This document shows positions 12,042 to 24,129 of a DNA stretch of 64,000 nt, one piece after another. This DNA comes from Amoebophrya sp. A120 (taxonomy: Eukaryota; Protista; Dinoflagellata). The first letter of the stretch is position 1, and each line of letters opens with the position of its first letter. The stretch is taken from positions 8,333,738-8,397,737 of the forward strand of contig CAJINV010000003.1 of assembly GCA_905178155.1 (NCBI GenBank). The letters are read 5' to 3'. The notes beneath the pieces were generated by a model. That model ran no database searches. It was not told where the DNA came from and saw nothing but the letters and a program-made list of their open reading frames with translations. Position numbers and translations under genes: made by a program.

Positions 12042-13303
12042 AAGGAGATCACCAAAGAACCCCACAAATAGTCCACGGAACAAGCCGAGGACAGTGTGCG
12101 TGATCAACAAGATACTAGCGATTATATCACGAAAAAATGCAACTAGAATCATTGGATATCACACGGTACTATACTACATCATGAAGAAGGAAAGGTCAGA
12201 AGTCAATCATGAGAAGAGACGATGAAGATGACGCAGATGTTTATGTTTTGCTTTTGCGCACGACATGCCTGTTGGAGTCAGCGATAAGGGTTGCACCAGC
12301 AGGGTCTGCAGGGATTTGAAAAAATAAAAGATAGAGTGCAACACGTGAATCCTATTTACCGCAGCGCAGCATAACAATTATTCCGACGAGGAACCAGCAC
12401 AGGCCCACGGGTATTTCTGAGCCGCGATTCTTCCTGTTTCCGTGTTCACTTTCCTTTATGGTTGCCGTCGTCTTTTCGTTCGTAGAAAGTATCAGAAACT
12501 TCTGATGATCTTCGACGCGCCGCTACGCTTGCGCCACCTTCGGTCTGTGCGTCTTTGTCGTCTAGGCTTCGTCACAATGCGTCCCTAGTTGACGTACGGT
12601 TACTGCTGTGTCAGACACCGAAGTCGTCAGTCGGGAGGATTTTGATGATTGCTTTGTACACGTCCTGCGTCGTGGTTTTGTATAACCGCCACGAATGCCG
12701 TCACGAACAGTACTCTCGTCCTTCACTGGTGGGCACAAGCTCAATATTACATTCGTGCAACTACAATCTTGTCGTTCCCGCATCGTCCAACTTTCGTGCG
12801 TTCTTTTCTGTAAACCCGTCAGTTGGGTAAATCATTCACTCATTCGTTTCTTGTTGGAGTTACGCCGACGTGGAATAAAAGATATACGGTATCTCTTCCT
12901 TTTTCATTTTCGTCGACAAAACAGGCTCAGTTTTCCCAAGGTAATACCCGAAACAAGGGTCATGATATATTCGTTTCTTATTTAGTAGATGAATTTTAGT
13001 AGCCAGCAGGAGTTTAGTAAATCTATCAATTTTCGGAATCGAGCCACTTGTTGCGGTCTTTCATCTTCAGGGGGGCCCGTTGTGGAGAAGTACAAGTGAA
13101 TAGAAGAAAAATAGTCTTAATTGAAAATGAAAACTTCAGTTACCAGCAGGCGAAGGAACGGGCTTCACTTATTATGTGAAAGCGCTTTTGTGATTTGTGA
13201 TATGTCAATTGATCGTCTCCGTGCCGACTTACCTCGTCGGGCAGCACCAGCACTCGATACGCAGCAGGCGGTGCGAAAATACACCTAGACCACCAGCGCG
13301 GTC

Positions 13304-16300
13304 ATGTCTATTGCAGACATTGAAGGGTTTCTGGCCCACTGGGAGGAGATCCGAGAAGTTCGCTGGGAACTTCCGGTCGCGGAGCGTGGGCGTTTGCTCC
13401 GGTATTTTCCGCATGGCTACCACGCTACGGCAGATGACTTTCGATCGGTCCTGAAAAATCCAGGTGGAGCAGCCCGGTCCGCCGCATTCCAGCGCGAGCT
13501 GAGTACCCGAAGTAGTGCAGCGGAAGATCGAGCTCGGCAAGAACAAGATGAATCCTCGGGCGGCGGTGCGCGAATAACACATGCGGAGCTGGGAGAGGCC
13601 GAGCGACAGGAACGCAAATTGCGGCGCGAGGCGAGGGACGCGGGTACAGAAAGGCTGGCGAGTCTGAGCAGCGAAAGAGACACGACGAGGGCGAGCGTCA
13701 ACAGCAATTTTAAGTACACCAGCAGCGATCTGGAACTGCTTGATGAAGAGAGGGACTCTGAAAGCGACCCTGATTTAGATGAAGACAGCGCAGAAGTTCT
13801 CCCGCCGCTGCCGGGCGCAAGAACGGAGGAGGCAGATCGGCTCCGTCAGCAGCGGCACCAGCGCGCGCTGCTGGCGCGACACCAAGCCCTGCGAAATCGG
13901 AGCGCGGCGCCGTGGAGCCCGCTCGTGGTGGCGTTTCTGGAGGACGGGGTCCAGTACCTGGATCGGCATGCCGAGTGGCTCCCGAAGAACGCGGACGGCG
14001 AGGCTACGGTGCGGTGGCGGACCTACCTCCACTACCAGTCGCGGGAGCGGCAGGGCTTCTTTGAGCGGCATGAGTGGGTGGCTCACGTGATGGTGATCAT
14101 GCTCCTGTTCGCCCTCGCGCCGGTAGTGTTCTGCGTGGAGAGCATTGCTGACTACGTGGGGGAGGAAAGCCTCTGCAGCAGAGATGAGGCGATTGCCCTC
14201 GCGGGTGGAAGCGAGAAGATGACCCCCATTGGAGGGGTGGCCGGGGTGAGGCGAGTCATGTACTGGGCCTCGGTCACCTTGGCGGCGGTGGGCTTCGGAG
14301 ACGTAACGCCGAAGTCCCAGTTTGGGAAGTGGTTCACGGTCTTCTTCATCCTGATTGGCATCAACCTGCTCGCCAACGCCATCCTGCGCATGATGGCAGA
14401 CCTCCTGGAGAAGACGGCCAAGACGGACGAGGACAACCGGCGAGCGCAACGCTCGAATCGCCAGGTCGCGGCGAATATGCATTGCAAAATATGACTTGGT
14501 CTGCTGGAAACATTAACATCCCAACTTGATGTGATGCCGAGTCTGGAGTCGACGTCGAAAATGTGTGTTGCTTAGTCGGCTAGCAAAAAGTGTGCGCTTC
14601 TTGTCTCCACCTGCAGACGGCATTTTTCATGCAGGCTGGCATGCAGATCGACATCGATATCATGCAGAAGCCCCTGCGGATCTTGTCATGCTCTGTGTGC
14701 ATTTCGATTTCGGACGACCTTTTTTTGTTTGTCCACACATCAATGTAAATTCTGCATTCTTCCAGACCTAGACATATTTGCAGTTGATAGCAAAGCGGAT
14801 CCAGGAGGCTCTGCAGGGGGGGCGGAGCACCGCGGTGGCCGGTGTTTGGCTCGAGCACACGGGTTCCCCCAGGGACATTTTGGAGCAGCGCGATTTGCTC
14901 GGTATTCCGGGCGCGGAAGTCTTTGTGGACGCCGACGACGGATCAGGATCTTCATCCGCGAACGATAATATCCTCGCCACCAGTGCGGGGGAACAACAAC
15001 AAGGGGGGCCAAGGGAGACCCCAATCAATATAAACGGTTCATCTCCACCTTCTCCACCCACCTCGCTGCAGTCGTTTGATCAGCAGCACGCGACGTCGGA
15101 GCCACATAGTACGCAGCACTCACACGACGATCATCAACCGCACAGCAAGATGAACTCTGCCTCCACCAGTGCTGGAACAAGGAGCATGATCTTCAGCACG
15201 ATTCATGATCGCGTGGATCGTGCACAACAGCACATACTGCACGTGCAGCACGAACATTTGCAACAGCATCATCAAAGTGGTGCCCATAATTCAACATCTG
15301 CCTCGACGTCGCCCTCGCCGGGTACCAGTGCGCACGAAAGCGATCTTATCGCAAGAAAAAAGCGTTACAGTTACACATTGTGTTGCACGCCAAGCAAGAC
15401 AGACCAGCTCTGTTATGCCGGATACGCATAGAAGCCTCGTTTCATAGGTGTTTTCCCGTAGGATTTCTGCATTACAAGTTTTCTCTCTCATGCAGAGAAA
15501 TTTGTGTTGCTGAATTGGCTACAAATGTGTAACTGTAACACTTTTTTCCTTGGATAGATCTCGATGCGTGGTTTCATCATAGGAGTCACACAAGGAGCGA
15601 CTCCGCGTCCGCCCGGTTCACCAACCCGACCGCGCGGTCTGGATTTATTTTCGGGGGAACGTCGCGCTTTCTCGCGGGAGAGCGAGACGAGACTACTTCT
15701 GCTGCCGCTCCGACCCCTCCGGCGGGGAACAGCGGACTAGTGTCCCTTCTCAAAACTGAGACGGATAATTCTTCCGAAGCGAAGTCGGTGAATTTTGCGA
15801 AGTCGGTGAATTTTGCGGCGGCGTTGGAAGAGTCGCAAATGATCGATGCAACTTCTGCAGATTTGCTACAACCTTCGGATCCGCAGCTGCGTCAGGACGA
15901 GCAGGACCGCGGGGAGCGAGAGCAAGGCGCAACTACAGATGTTGACCATTCTGTGCAAGAGGGCGGGGTTCCTCGGGTTCGGAAAAAGGGGCTGCAGGTG
16001 CGAAGAGCGCCACGGCCTCCGGTAGGCGATCTGGTTCTGACTCGCATCAGCCGATTCTTGACCAGTACTGACAAAGTGCCTGCTCCCAAGTGGTTGGATG
16101 CATCCGATGATGAGGACGACGGGATGGAAAAGCGGCACAACCACGACCCAGAGGTGCGGCATGCTGAAGAGGAGACCCAGATGAGAATATCGGCGGGGGC
16201 ATCAACTTCAACGGCAAGTGTGACGATCAGGACCACCGTGATGAACTTCGTTTCGAGAAGTGTGATTCCTCTTCTTGGAAGATTTTCCTCGAACAGGACG

Positions 16301-19248
16301 GAAGCCGATCAACATCCCGAAGACGATGCGGGGGCTCCCTTCTCGTCTACTACACCGGATGAAGAGGAGGTAGTAGGACCACGTGCAAGAACAAGACCCG
16401 AAGCTTCTGCCGTTTCCACAACATACAGCAATTTAGATTTTTTGGTAGGCCGCCCCTCGGAGGGCTTGGACAGTATGCCAGACTCCGTGTCGTCGACGCG
16501 CTCCTCTAGTGTGAGAACACGAGCCACGGCAACACGGACGACCACCCCGCACGATCATCTATCGCGGGAGACCACAAAGAGGATAACTGGCGGGTCCTCT
16601 CGCGTAGAACCGAGTAGACCACAACTTCGAACCGGAATGTCAACCGTTCGGACGCTTCGGACCACTAACACGGTCCACCGAGCGTCAACTACAGGTGTGG
16701 ATCCCCGTGGCGATTCATCTTCAATGCAGCGCCATAGCTCGTCGGACGGTGGAGCAGCCACGGCATCTTCTACAACCACTGGGACGTCCTATGTATATCA
16801 TGAGCTGCAGGACCAGTTGGCGGGGACGTCGATGAAAAATGGTTCGGATCTGGATAAGATAAACATTAACATCATGTCCCCGCGCGGGCTCCACCTCCAA
16901 GAACGTTCGCCGGTCGAAATGCAATTACTGCCACCAGCAGTGCGTCTTGTGCCAGGCAGCACACGACCCGGTGCTGCAGGTGGTGCACTTGCTCTAGAAG
17001 GCACGACGACCTCCAGCGCTGGTGCCCAGTTGTACCCTCGAAGTACTGTCGAGGGCCAGTCATCGGGACCCGGAGCAGCGGGAGCAGGAGCACCAGCATC
17101 ATCTTCAGGAGCAGGTCAGGCGAGGAGCAAGAAGAAGATTGTGAACAGGACCGCGCGGAAGAACGTGGCCATACGCCGGCTGGAATTGCTCTCAACTCGG
17201 TTGTTGCGGTTGGTTCGCAATTTTGTGCTGGGCGACACCCCTTATCGGCGGCGCATGTCTTGGATCAAGATTACCAAGATCTCCCAGACCGCCGTGCTTC
17301 TACTTCTGCCCATCGTGCTGGGTGCCGTGTTGGTACACTACATCGAAAGCTTCGACTTCACGGATAGTGTGTATTGGTCTGTGGTGGCGCTTTCCACCGT
17401 GGGCTACGGGGAACAGGAGCTGCGGAACGAGGGGGGCCACTGGGTGTGGATGCTGTTCCTCCCCTTCGGCTGCCTCATGTTTGCCTTCGGGTACACGAAC
17501 CTCATCCTGCTCCACCGGGTACTGCGGCGGGAGCAGAAGCGGCACCTGGCGCTCGGGAACGACCACATCCGGCAGTCTGTCGCGATGCTCGACCGCGGGT
17601 CCGGGATCGACCTCTTCGAGTACATGATCGCCAGTTTGCTCGTGTCCGAGTTGGTGCACCCGTCCGACCTTTCCGACATCATGGACGCCTTCTCACAACT
17701 CGACGTTTATGCAAACCAAATCAATAAAACACACCCACTCAATCAAAATCTTCAAATAAAAAGGTTTCTACTAAGTTATGTTGCGATGTTGGTGGACTAC
17801 AATGATGTGAGCATAAGAGCATCAACATATCAACAGTAGAGGCGTGAGCCGCGTGACGATATGGACACCCTACCTTGCTGCTTGGTGTCAAGAGGTCAAA
17901 TGTGGCGTCCGACACGCCAGCGAAAGGCCAGGCATGCCTGGCCACCCATTTTTAAAGGGGGAGCATTCCCAGATCTCAGAATTGCGCTGATGAAGATGAT
18001 GATAATGAAGATGATCATGATACTAGGCATCTTCACTGAGAAGAAAAGACACTTAATTTATTTTCGGGCTGCTACCGGAAAAGCAAAAGGTTGCGGCGCC
18101 CTTAAGGTGGCGTGTAGAACGAACTCGTTGTTGGCATGACAAACCGAAACCTTGGATTTTGTTTTTCCTTGAATAAAGAGTTTGGGTTTTTCTTTGTGAT
18201 ACGTGTGACGGTACGGGGCTGGTCACCCGGGAAGACGTCGATGCGATGCACCACCGCGACGACCCGCATCTCAGTCTACCCCGCAAGGGCGCTCCGAGCC
18301 TCCCCGCACTATCTTCACAGCCGCGCGCCATCGTGTCATCTTCCCCTGTGATAACATCAACGACTAGTCAAGGCGCAGGGTCGGATCCATTGTTCTCGAG
18401 CGTGCAAGCTGATCATGCAACAACACGAACGCAGCCTGGCGCAGGCCAGGTGCCGGTCGGCGGGGAGGTGGAGCATCAAGCACTTGGTACTAGTAGCAAC
18501 TACAGCACTGAACAAGGAGCGGGCACTGCGCTCCGTGATGAAGTCCGAGATCCTCCCCCGCCCCTGCACGAGCATTCAACTAGTACCACGTCATTCTCCT
18601 TTCCCGCCTCCGTTAGTGGACCAAAACCGGTCGTTATCCAAGAAAAAAACGCTGTTAGTGTAAATTTGTGATGCGGAACATGCAAGATGATTGCGTCTGT
18701 CATGCTTGGCATGCATTGTAGGGTCCACTAGCGGGCGTTTTCACTTAGTATCTGCGCATGACAGGTTTTTGCTGTCATGCCAGACAGATTTGTAATGCTG
18801 GTCCTCCAAAAAAGTTACATCTACATTGTTTTTTTCGTGGATAGTCGTGCCGTCGACAAGAAGCCGGGCGCAAAACTTTCGCAAAGCGCCATCGCTGACC
18901 GTGGAGGACATCGAAGCTCGTCGCAGGGAGGCGCGGAGCGCAGCTGCGGAAAGGCGCGCACTGGAGCTGCAATTGCATCAGAACAAGAGCCACGTAAATG
19001 TGTTCAAGAACGTGGTCGTGAACACGACCCATAGCAATGCCACCGGGGGCGATCTACTTCTCAGGGGGCCTCCGTCCGTAGGTAGCAACGCGACGACAGG
19101 TGGAGGACAAGCAGTGCATGGTGGAGGTGCTCAAACAAGCATGCAGCAGCAACTTCTACATCTAGCACCTCCTTCGGGACCGAGCGTTACCAAGTACCCC
19201 GCATCATCGCTTGCTAGGATATTCTTCAAGCCCGCCGACTCCAAATGA
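13304..19248 (+). CDS. Two-pore-domain K+ channel (TPK-like) with a C-terminal EF-hand; exons ~13304-14475, 14795-15363, 15540-17707, 18207-18655, 18849-19248
   Basis: Two TM-P-TM units with filters YWASVTLAAVGFGDVTP and YWSVVALSTVGYGE; TPK-like IDLFEYMIASL...IMDAFSQLD segment; splicing 17708-18206 rebuilds the EF-hand loop DVDGTGLVTRED; last junction less certain. Confidence 0.8.
14476..14789. mobile_element. Introner-like non-canonical intron, family A (diverged)
   Basis: Right end TGCATTCTTCCAGACCTAGACATATTTGCAGTTGATA; left end TATGCATTGCAAAATATGACTTGGTCTG; flanks GCGAA / GCAAA; joins QVAA|KRIQEAL. Confidence 0.85.
15364..15539. mobile_element. Inverted-repeat-bounded non-canonical intron without an evident direct repeat
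   Basis: GTTACAGTTACACAT... / ...ATGTGTAACTGTAAC perfect IR; removal bridges ORF 14778 into the frame of ORF 15740 (RKK|HFFPWIDLD). Confidence 0.7.
17708..18201. mobile_element. Old non-canonical intron (TAT...ATA ends, eroded IR) inside the EF-hand
   Basis: Removal together with 5 flanking nt gives LDV|DGTGLVTREDV; IR similarity is weak. Confidence 0.6.
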
Positions 19249-20374
19249 AAAGGCAAGATGTACTTACTATCAAGAACTACACCGGTCTTGTTTTCGCATG
19301 GGGCGCTCACACCCGGTGTGTGTGTATGCTGGAGAAGCAGGGCAAGAATTCATTACAACCAGAGAACAGATGAGAACTCGACTTCTATCCTTAATCGATT
19401 TTTCTGGAACCTAGATCCCATTTCAAATTTATTTTGTAATCGGCGCAAGTTTAAGTTGTGCACGTCCACGTTGCTGACGGTCGCCGGTACGATAGATGTT
19501 GATTTGCGTGGGGTGGCAAAGGGTATTGAGTTTAGATCTATTTCTCTGTCTTAGTCTTTCGATTTGTACAAGCGCATACAAGGGCATTGGTGTATCTAGA
19601 CAGTAACAGAATTTCATCAGCATGCATTGATTTGTTCTTCATTCGACACCATGATGAGCGCCAATTTTGGGCTTCGAAAGGTTGTTGCATGAGCATCCGC
19701 CTGGTGTCAGGGTATCAACTTGGAAAGACAGAAGTTGGTGTTGTTCTGAAAATGTCGGTCTTTGGTGTGACTTATTTTTTGCAGTCGAGGACGAGGGAGG
19801 GTTGTACAGTCAAGCTCAAGTTGTAGTGCTAGCTGGTGATGGAGAATGCGGCCGGAGTCTTACAAGCCCGAAAGCGGAGCCGGGAGCTATCGTTAATGCT
19901 GATTAAAACTTCCGGAGGGGAACATATAATTTCTTTGTAATGGAAGAGAAAGAAAGGTCATTCTTGATACAGCCGACAGGTGATTTGAGTCACACTTGGT
20001 GAACGAAGATCAAAATTGATAGATCATAGAGATTCCGATCGGATTCTTTTCACACAGGCGTTCGTTGAGAATAGATAATTGCGTCATCCATAGTATCGTC
20101 TCCTGACTACTGCGCTATCTATATAAGTAAATATCAAATGACGCAATGCACGATTGATGGCGTGCTCTTGTCCGCCTCATAACTTTCAGCAAGATCGCAG
20201 TAGTAGATAAGAATTCATTTTTTTTTGTTCTTCCAAAGAAAAGAATAGAGAGTTAAAGTCAGTAAAGGAGCTGAAGGTGAAAAGAACTTACTTAGACTTG
20301 GACTCGGGCCACAATTACTCCTCCAAAAGAGCTAAACCGTTTGGACTTTTCGCCGTCGTTCATAAGGCACTCGC

Positions 20375-23300
20375 GTGCGTTGCAATATGGGGTGGAGTAT
20401 TCGTTTTGATCACGTATACGTTCTCTGTCTGCTTTGCTTGCACTCCTTCGCATGGTACAACAGCACTTTCAACAGTGGAGGTTTCTCTGCTGGTTTCTGC
20501 CCTGCTACTTTTGTTGCGCGTGCAGCGTCGGTTCAGCAGCCCGAGAGACGCGATGGTGAGTCGCAGCGCCCGTTCAGACGAAGCAGCAATGTTAGAAGCA
20601 CGACTCGAGATGACAGAGAGGGACCGGGTGCTGCTGACGGAACGGCGGAAGAGCAGCAGGTTGAGGATCGATGGCTAGCTGAGCACCTGCAGCAGCTGGA
20701 AATAAACGACGAGGCTGTGCTGGCGCATAGAGCAGGCAGAGCCTACGCAGCGGATCATGTCAGCGGTCGCTCATCATCTTACGCTCCTGTTGAGATGTAT
20801 GAAGACGATCAGCTAGATTCGCTCGTTAGGGGCAATGGCACCTCCGACCCCGTGATCGTCCCGGGAGGGAGTCTTCTGACTGAGTTTCAGGATGCTTTGT
20901 TCCAGTACTTTTTTCGAGATATCGAGGACATTCTCCAGCAACCGGAGGGAGGCGCCGGGACAGGAGCAGGAGGTGGAGACAGCAGAATCACGAACGAATC
21001 CTCGGTGCAAGACTTGGAAGACCGAGCTCCACTTGCCTTCCATGTGGGCGATTGCACACAGTGTGTGATCTATCGTTCGAAAAAAATGTTCGACTGGTGT
21101 AAGAGTTTTGCACGATTTGCATCCGACGTTTGTTTTACATGACACCAAAGGTTGTTCCGGAGGAAAGACACGGCCCAAAAAGGCTCATATTTAAGTTTAA
21201 CGACATTTTTTTCTTTCGATATGATCTGTATCGGAGAGTTCCCGGAGCCCAAGGAGTTCCAGAGTTCATCATGCAGTTCGGCGAACGGCAAAAATGGTTC
21301 GACTTCGAGTTCGACACGAATCCTGGCCGACTTGGAGGAAGACGAATGCTGTCGGTCCGAGGCTGCCGCCCCTGAGGGCGGCGATACAGCCAGTGAAGCA
21401 GCTGCAAAAGGTGTGTCCGGCTCTGGCAAGAAGACATGCTCCTCCTGCCGAGTACTAGGAACGACTCCGGGAAACACAAATAAAGGGCTACAAGTAGAAA
21501 AAGAGGACCACCCGCCGCCCAAATCGCTTAGTGCCGCAAAAAATGTGAGTAGCCTACGAGATGACCACGTCGATGCAGCGGGCAGAACCAGAAGCTCCTG
21601 CTCCAGCAAGGCAGCGATAAATTTCTACCAAGATGTCACGTCAGGACGGCCTGAACCGCCGGTCGCGAGGAGTCCGAAGGGCATCAGTAGTACAGATGGA
21701 GTTCTTGCTTGTCCACTTGCAGCGACGTCCGGATTTTCAGAGGTGGACGAAGAAGACGCGGCTTCGTCGCCGGGAGCTGGGCCCTCCAGCAGTACAGCGG
21801 CGAACCCAGATAAGTTCAAAAAAATGATTGACCTGCGCTGCATGCCGGGTCGCCCCGGTCACCTCTTCCATTCGGAATGCCTGTACACGTGGCTCCACAA
21901 GTGCATCGAAGAAGAGATGAGCCGATACAATGCACAGGCCGACGAACGGCGAGGGTTCTTGGAAACGACCACCGCACGTTGCCCGGTATGCCGGCAGCAG
22001 ATTTCCCGGGAAGCGACCGTGGACCTGCTGGACCTGGCCCATGCAGAGGGCCGCCAGAAAAAGGAGTTTCGCGAGGTGGAAAACTCTTTCCTGGAGGAAT
22101 TTTGTCTGAAAGAAGCGGAGGGTCAGCTGGCAGCCGTTGCGCAGATTGACGCGCAGCTGACGGCACTAGCAGCGGACCACCAGAGCACCTCCGGCTCGTT
22201 GCTACTAGGAGGTGCAGCTGGGTCCACAGGGGCCTCTTTCGCGAGCTCACGCTGCAGTGGCAGCGGCCGTGGCGGGTCATCTTTTTCCGCGGCGACGCTT
22301 CCATTGCCCTACAGCTTTTGTGGCACAAACTACACGACTTCGGTGGACGGTGCGGCTGCACCCATGATATCCAGTCGACAGCAGCATTTAGGGCGGAAAA
22401 ATCGGCAAATAGCATCATTTTTGTGAGCGCGCATTTTGGGGGGGCAAAAAAATTATGGCTGTTGGGGGTGTCGCTACTGCTTTTTTTCCTGTTGGCCATT
22501 TAGATGCTGGCGCCACTCTTCGTTGCCACGGTCCGCCATCCGGCCCCCCCCTTTTTGAAATAAAACCACAGCACTTTGTTGCAGTTGCACAGGCCTGCGG
22601 CCCTCTGGCGCCGGAAGCCGCGCCCCCTCTCCCACATCCAGTTCCGGACGCGCCCAGATATCTTCTCATCTTCCCTCTCCGGCCGGATATTGAGAAGGCG
22701 GACGCGCCAGCAGTCAAGTGCTTCCGGGGGGGGGTGCCGAAGGGGGGGGGTAAGGGGGTCCGCTTGGGCTGCCTCTGGGCTACCATTTTGGGGCACGCAA
22801 AATCGGCAGTTTCCAATGGGGATTAGGGGGTCGGCATAGGCTACCGAAAGGGTACCCGGAAGGGGTACCCGGAAGGGGTGTCCGGGAGGGGCAAAAATGC
22901 ACCCCCCTGACCACCCCCCCTGGCCGGGCCTCCTTTTCTGGGCGAAGGGCCTCGTCGAGCCCCGGTCACGGAGGCGGCCCGGCCACTTTTCGAAGAGCGG
23001 GCCCAAGACAAAGCGTCCGGCCATCTGAACGACAAGGCACAGAACGAAGGCGCTGTGGCCTGCTTCTGGTCCTGGTGTTGCGGCATTTCCAAAGCTCAGC
23101 CATCATGTTTCCTGTGGAAAAGATGAAGTGACACGCGAGGCGTGTCGGCTTCCAAGATGTTGCGCCCCCAACAAAAAAAAAGTTTTTACCCCCCCAAAAA
23201 GTGCGCTGGCAAAAATGATGCTATTTGCCGATTTTTCCGCCCTAAAGCATGCTGCTGGTCTCGCGCAACAGCAGCGGATGAGAAAAACGGTTCTCCCGAA

Positions 23301-23610
23301 GTACCGGAACGCGCTGCAGTTCTTCAAGACGAGCCTGAAGTACAAGAGCGGTGGCCGCACGCGGCGGCGGATTTGCGAGGTTGTCTTGGATGCCACACTG
23401 TGGGCCTGTCGCAACGGGCAGGAACGCGACGGGATGGAGCTTCTCGACGACCATTTACTAATGGCGAAAGAGGTGGACGCCGAGGCTCTGCGGTGGCAGT
23501 CCTTTCTGCGGAACTCAGTCGCCTACGCAGATCGGTTCGAGGATGCGCGGGAACGGTGTGAGGCCGCCGTGGAGTTGCGCACCAAGAAAAAACTATCGAC
23601 GGGGAAGTGA
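20375..23610 (+). CDS. RING-H2 E3 ubiquitin ligase-like protein; exons ~20375-21070, 21227-22386, 23250-23610
   Basis: Spliced CVI|CIGEF ... C.....GHLFHSECLYTWL ... CPVCR gives a C3H2C3 RING; both junctions are in frame; start uncertain. Confidence 0.82.
21071..21221. mobile_element. Introner-like non-canonical intron splitting the RING CxxC motif
   Basis: Perfect DR TGATC at 21066-21070 and 21222-21226; TIR TATCGTTCGAAAAAAATG / CATTTTTTTCTTTCGATA. Confidence 0.9.
22387..23246. mobile_element. 860-bp non-autonomous TIR element acting as an intron in the RING gene
   Basis: 37-bp perfect TIR TTTAGGGCGGAAAAATCGGCAAATAGCATCATTTTTG, extending imperfectly to ~65 bp; flanked by a GCA direct repeat; removal joins SSRQQH|AAGLAQQQRMRK. 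Confidence 0.9.
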
Positions 23611-24129
23611 GTGGTCCTCTTTCCGGCTGCTGCTAGTCCTAACAGAAAAGCCAGGCAGCTCTCTTGTGGATTTCCCTGAAGATGTGCTGTTCTTTCTGTG
23701 ATGCAAAACGCCCGACCAGCAAAAATCACTCCAGACTGCATGGAGTTGCGTGATCTTCGGTGTGCTTTTTGCATGACAAAACAGCAACAGTGGATCAACG
23801 CAAATCTGCACGGCAGGCTTTGACTTTTTCTTGCTAGAAGCAGCAGTGCCTCGTCCAGTCGCTCGCTTTCCCTCTATAAAAGCACCTCGACCAGCTCGTC
23901 GAAAATGCAGAATATCAAGATGAAAAATCTCCTTCCCCATATTCAAAATGGGAAAGTCTCTAAATTTGTGATGCAGGTTTGTGCACACGAGTCGTTTTGC
24001 AGCGAAGCATGTTTGATCTTGTACGGATGCGAAGCCTGCGTAGCTAGTACAGTTCCTTCTAGCTGCTCTTCGCCATGCCAGATGCCTCCGCTGTACATTT
24101 AGCCGAGCGCATGACCTCGCTTTCCCTTT

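Noticed and set aside
15782-15817. 18-bp tandem duplication (KSVNFA x2), and similar short duplications near 6780-6838 and 35990-36012
   Set aside because: Ordinary slippage-type duplications.
22387-22393. Interstitial telomere (TTTAGGG)
   Set aside because: Only one unit per element end, with no tandem array.
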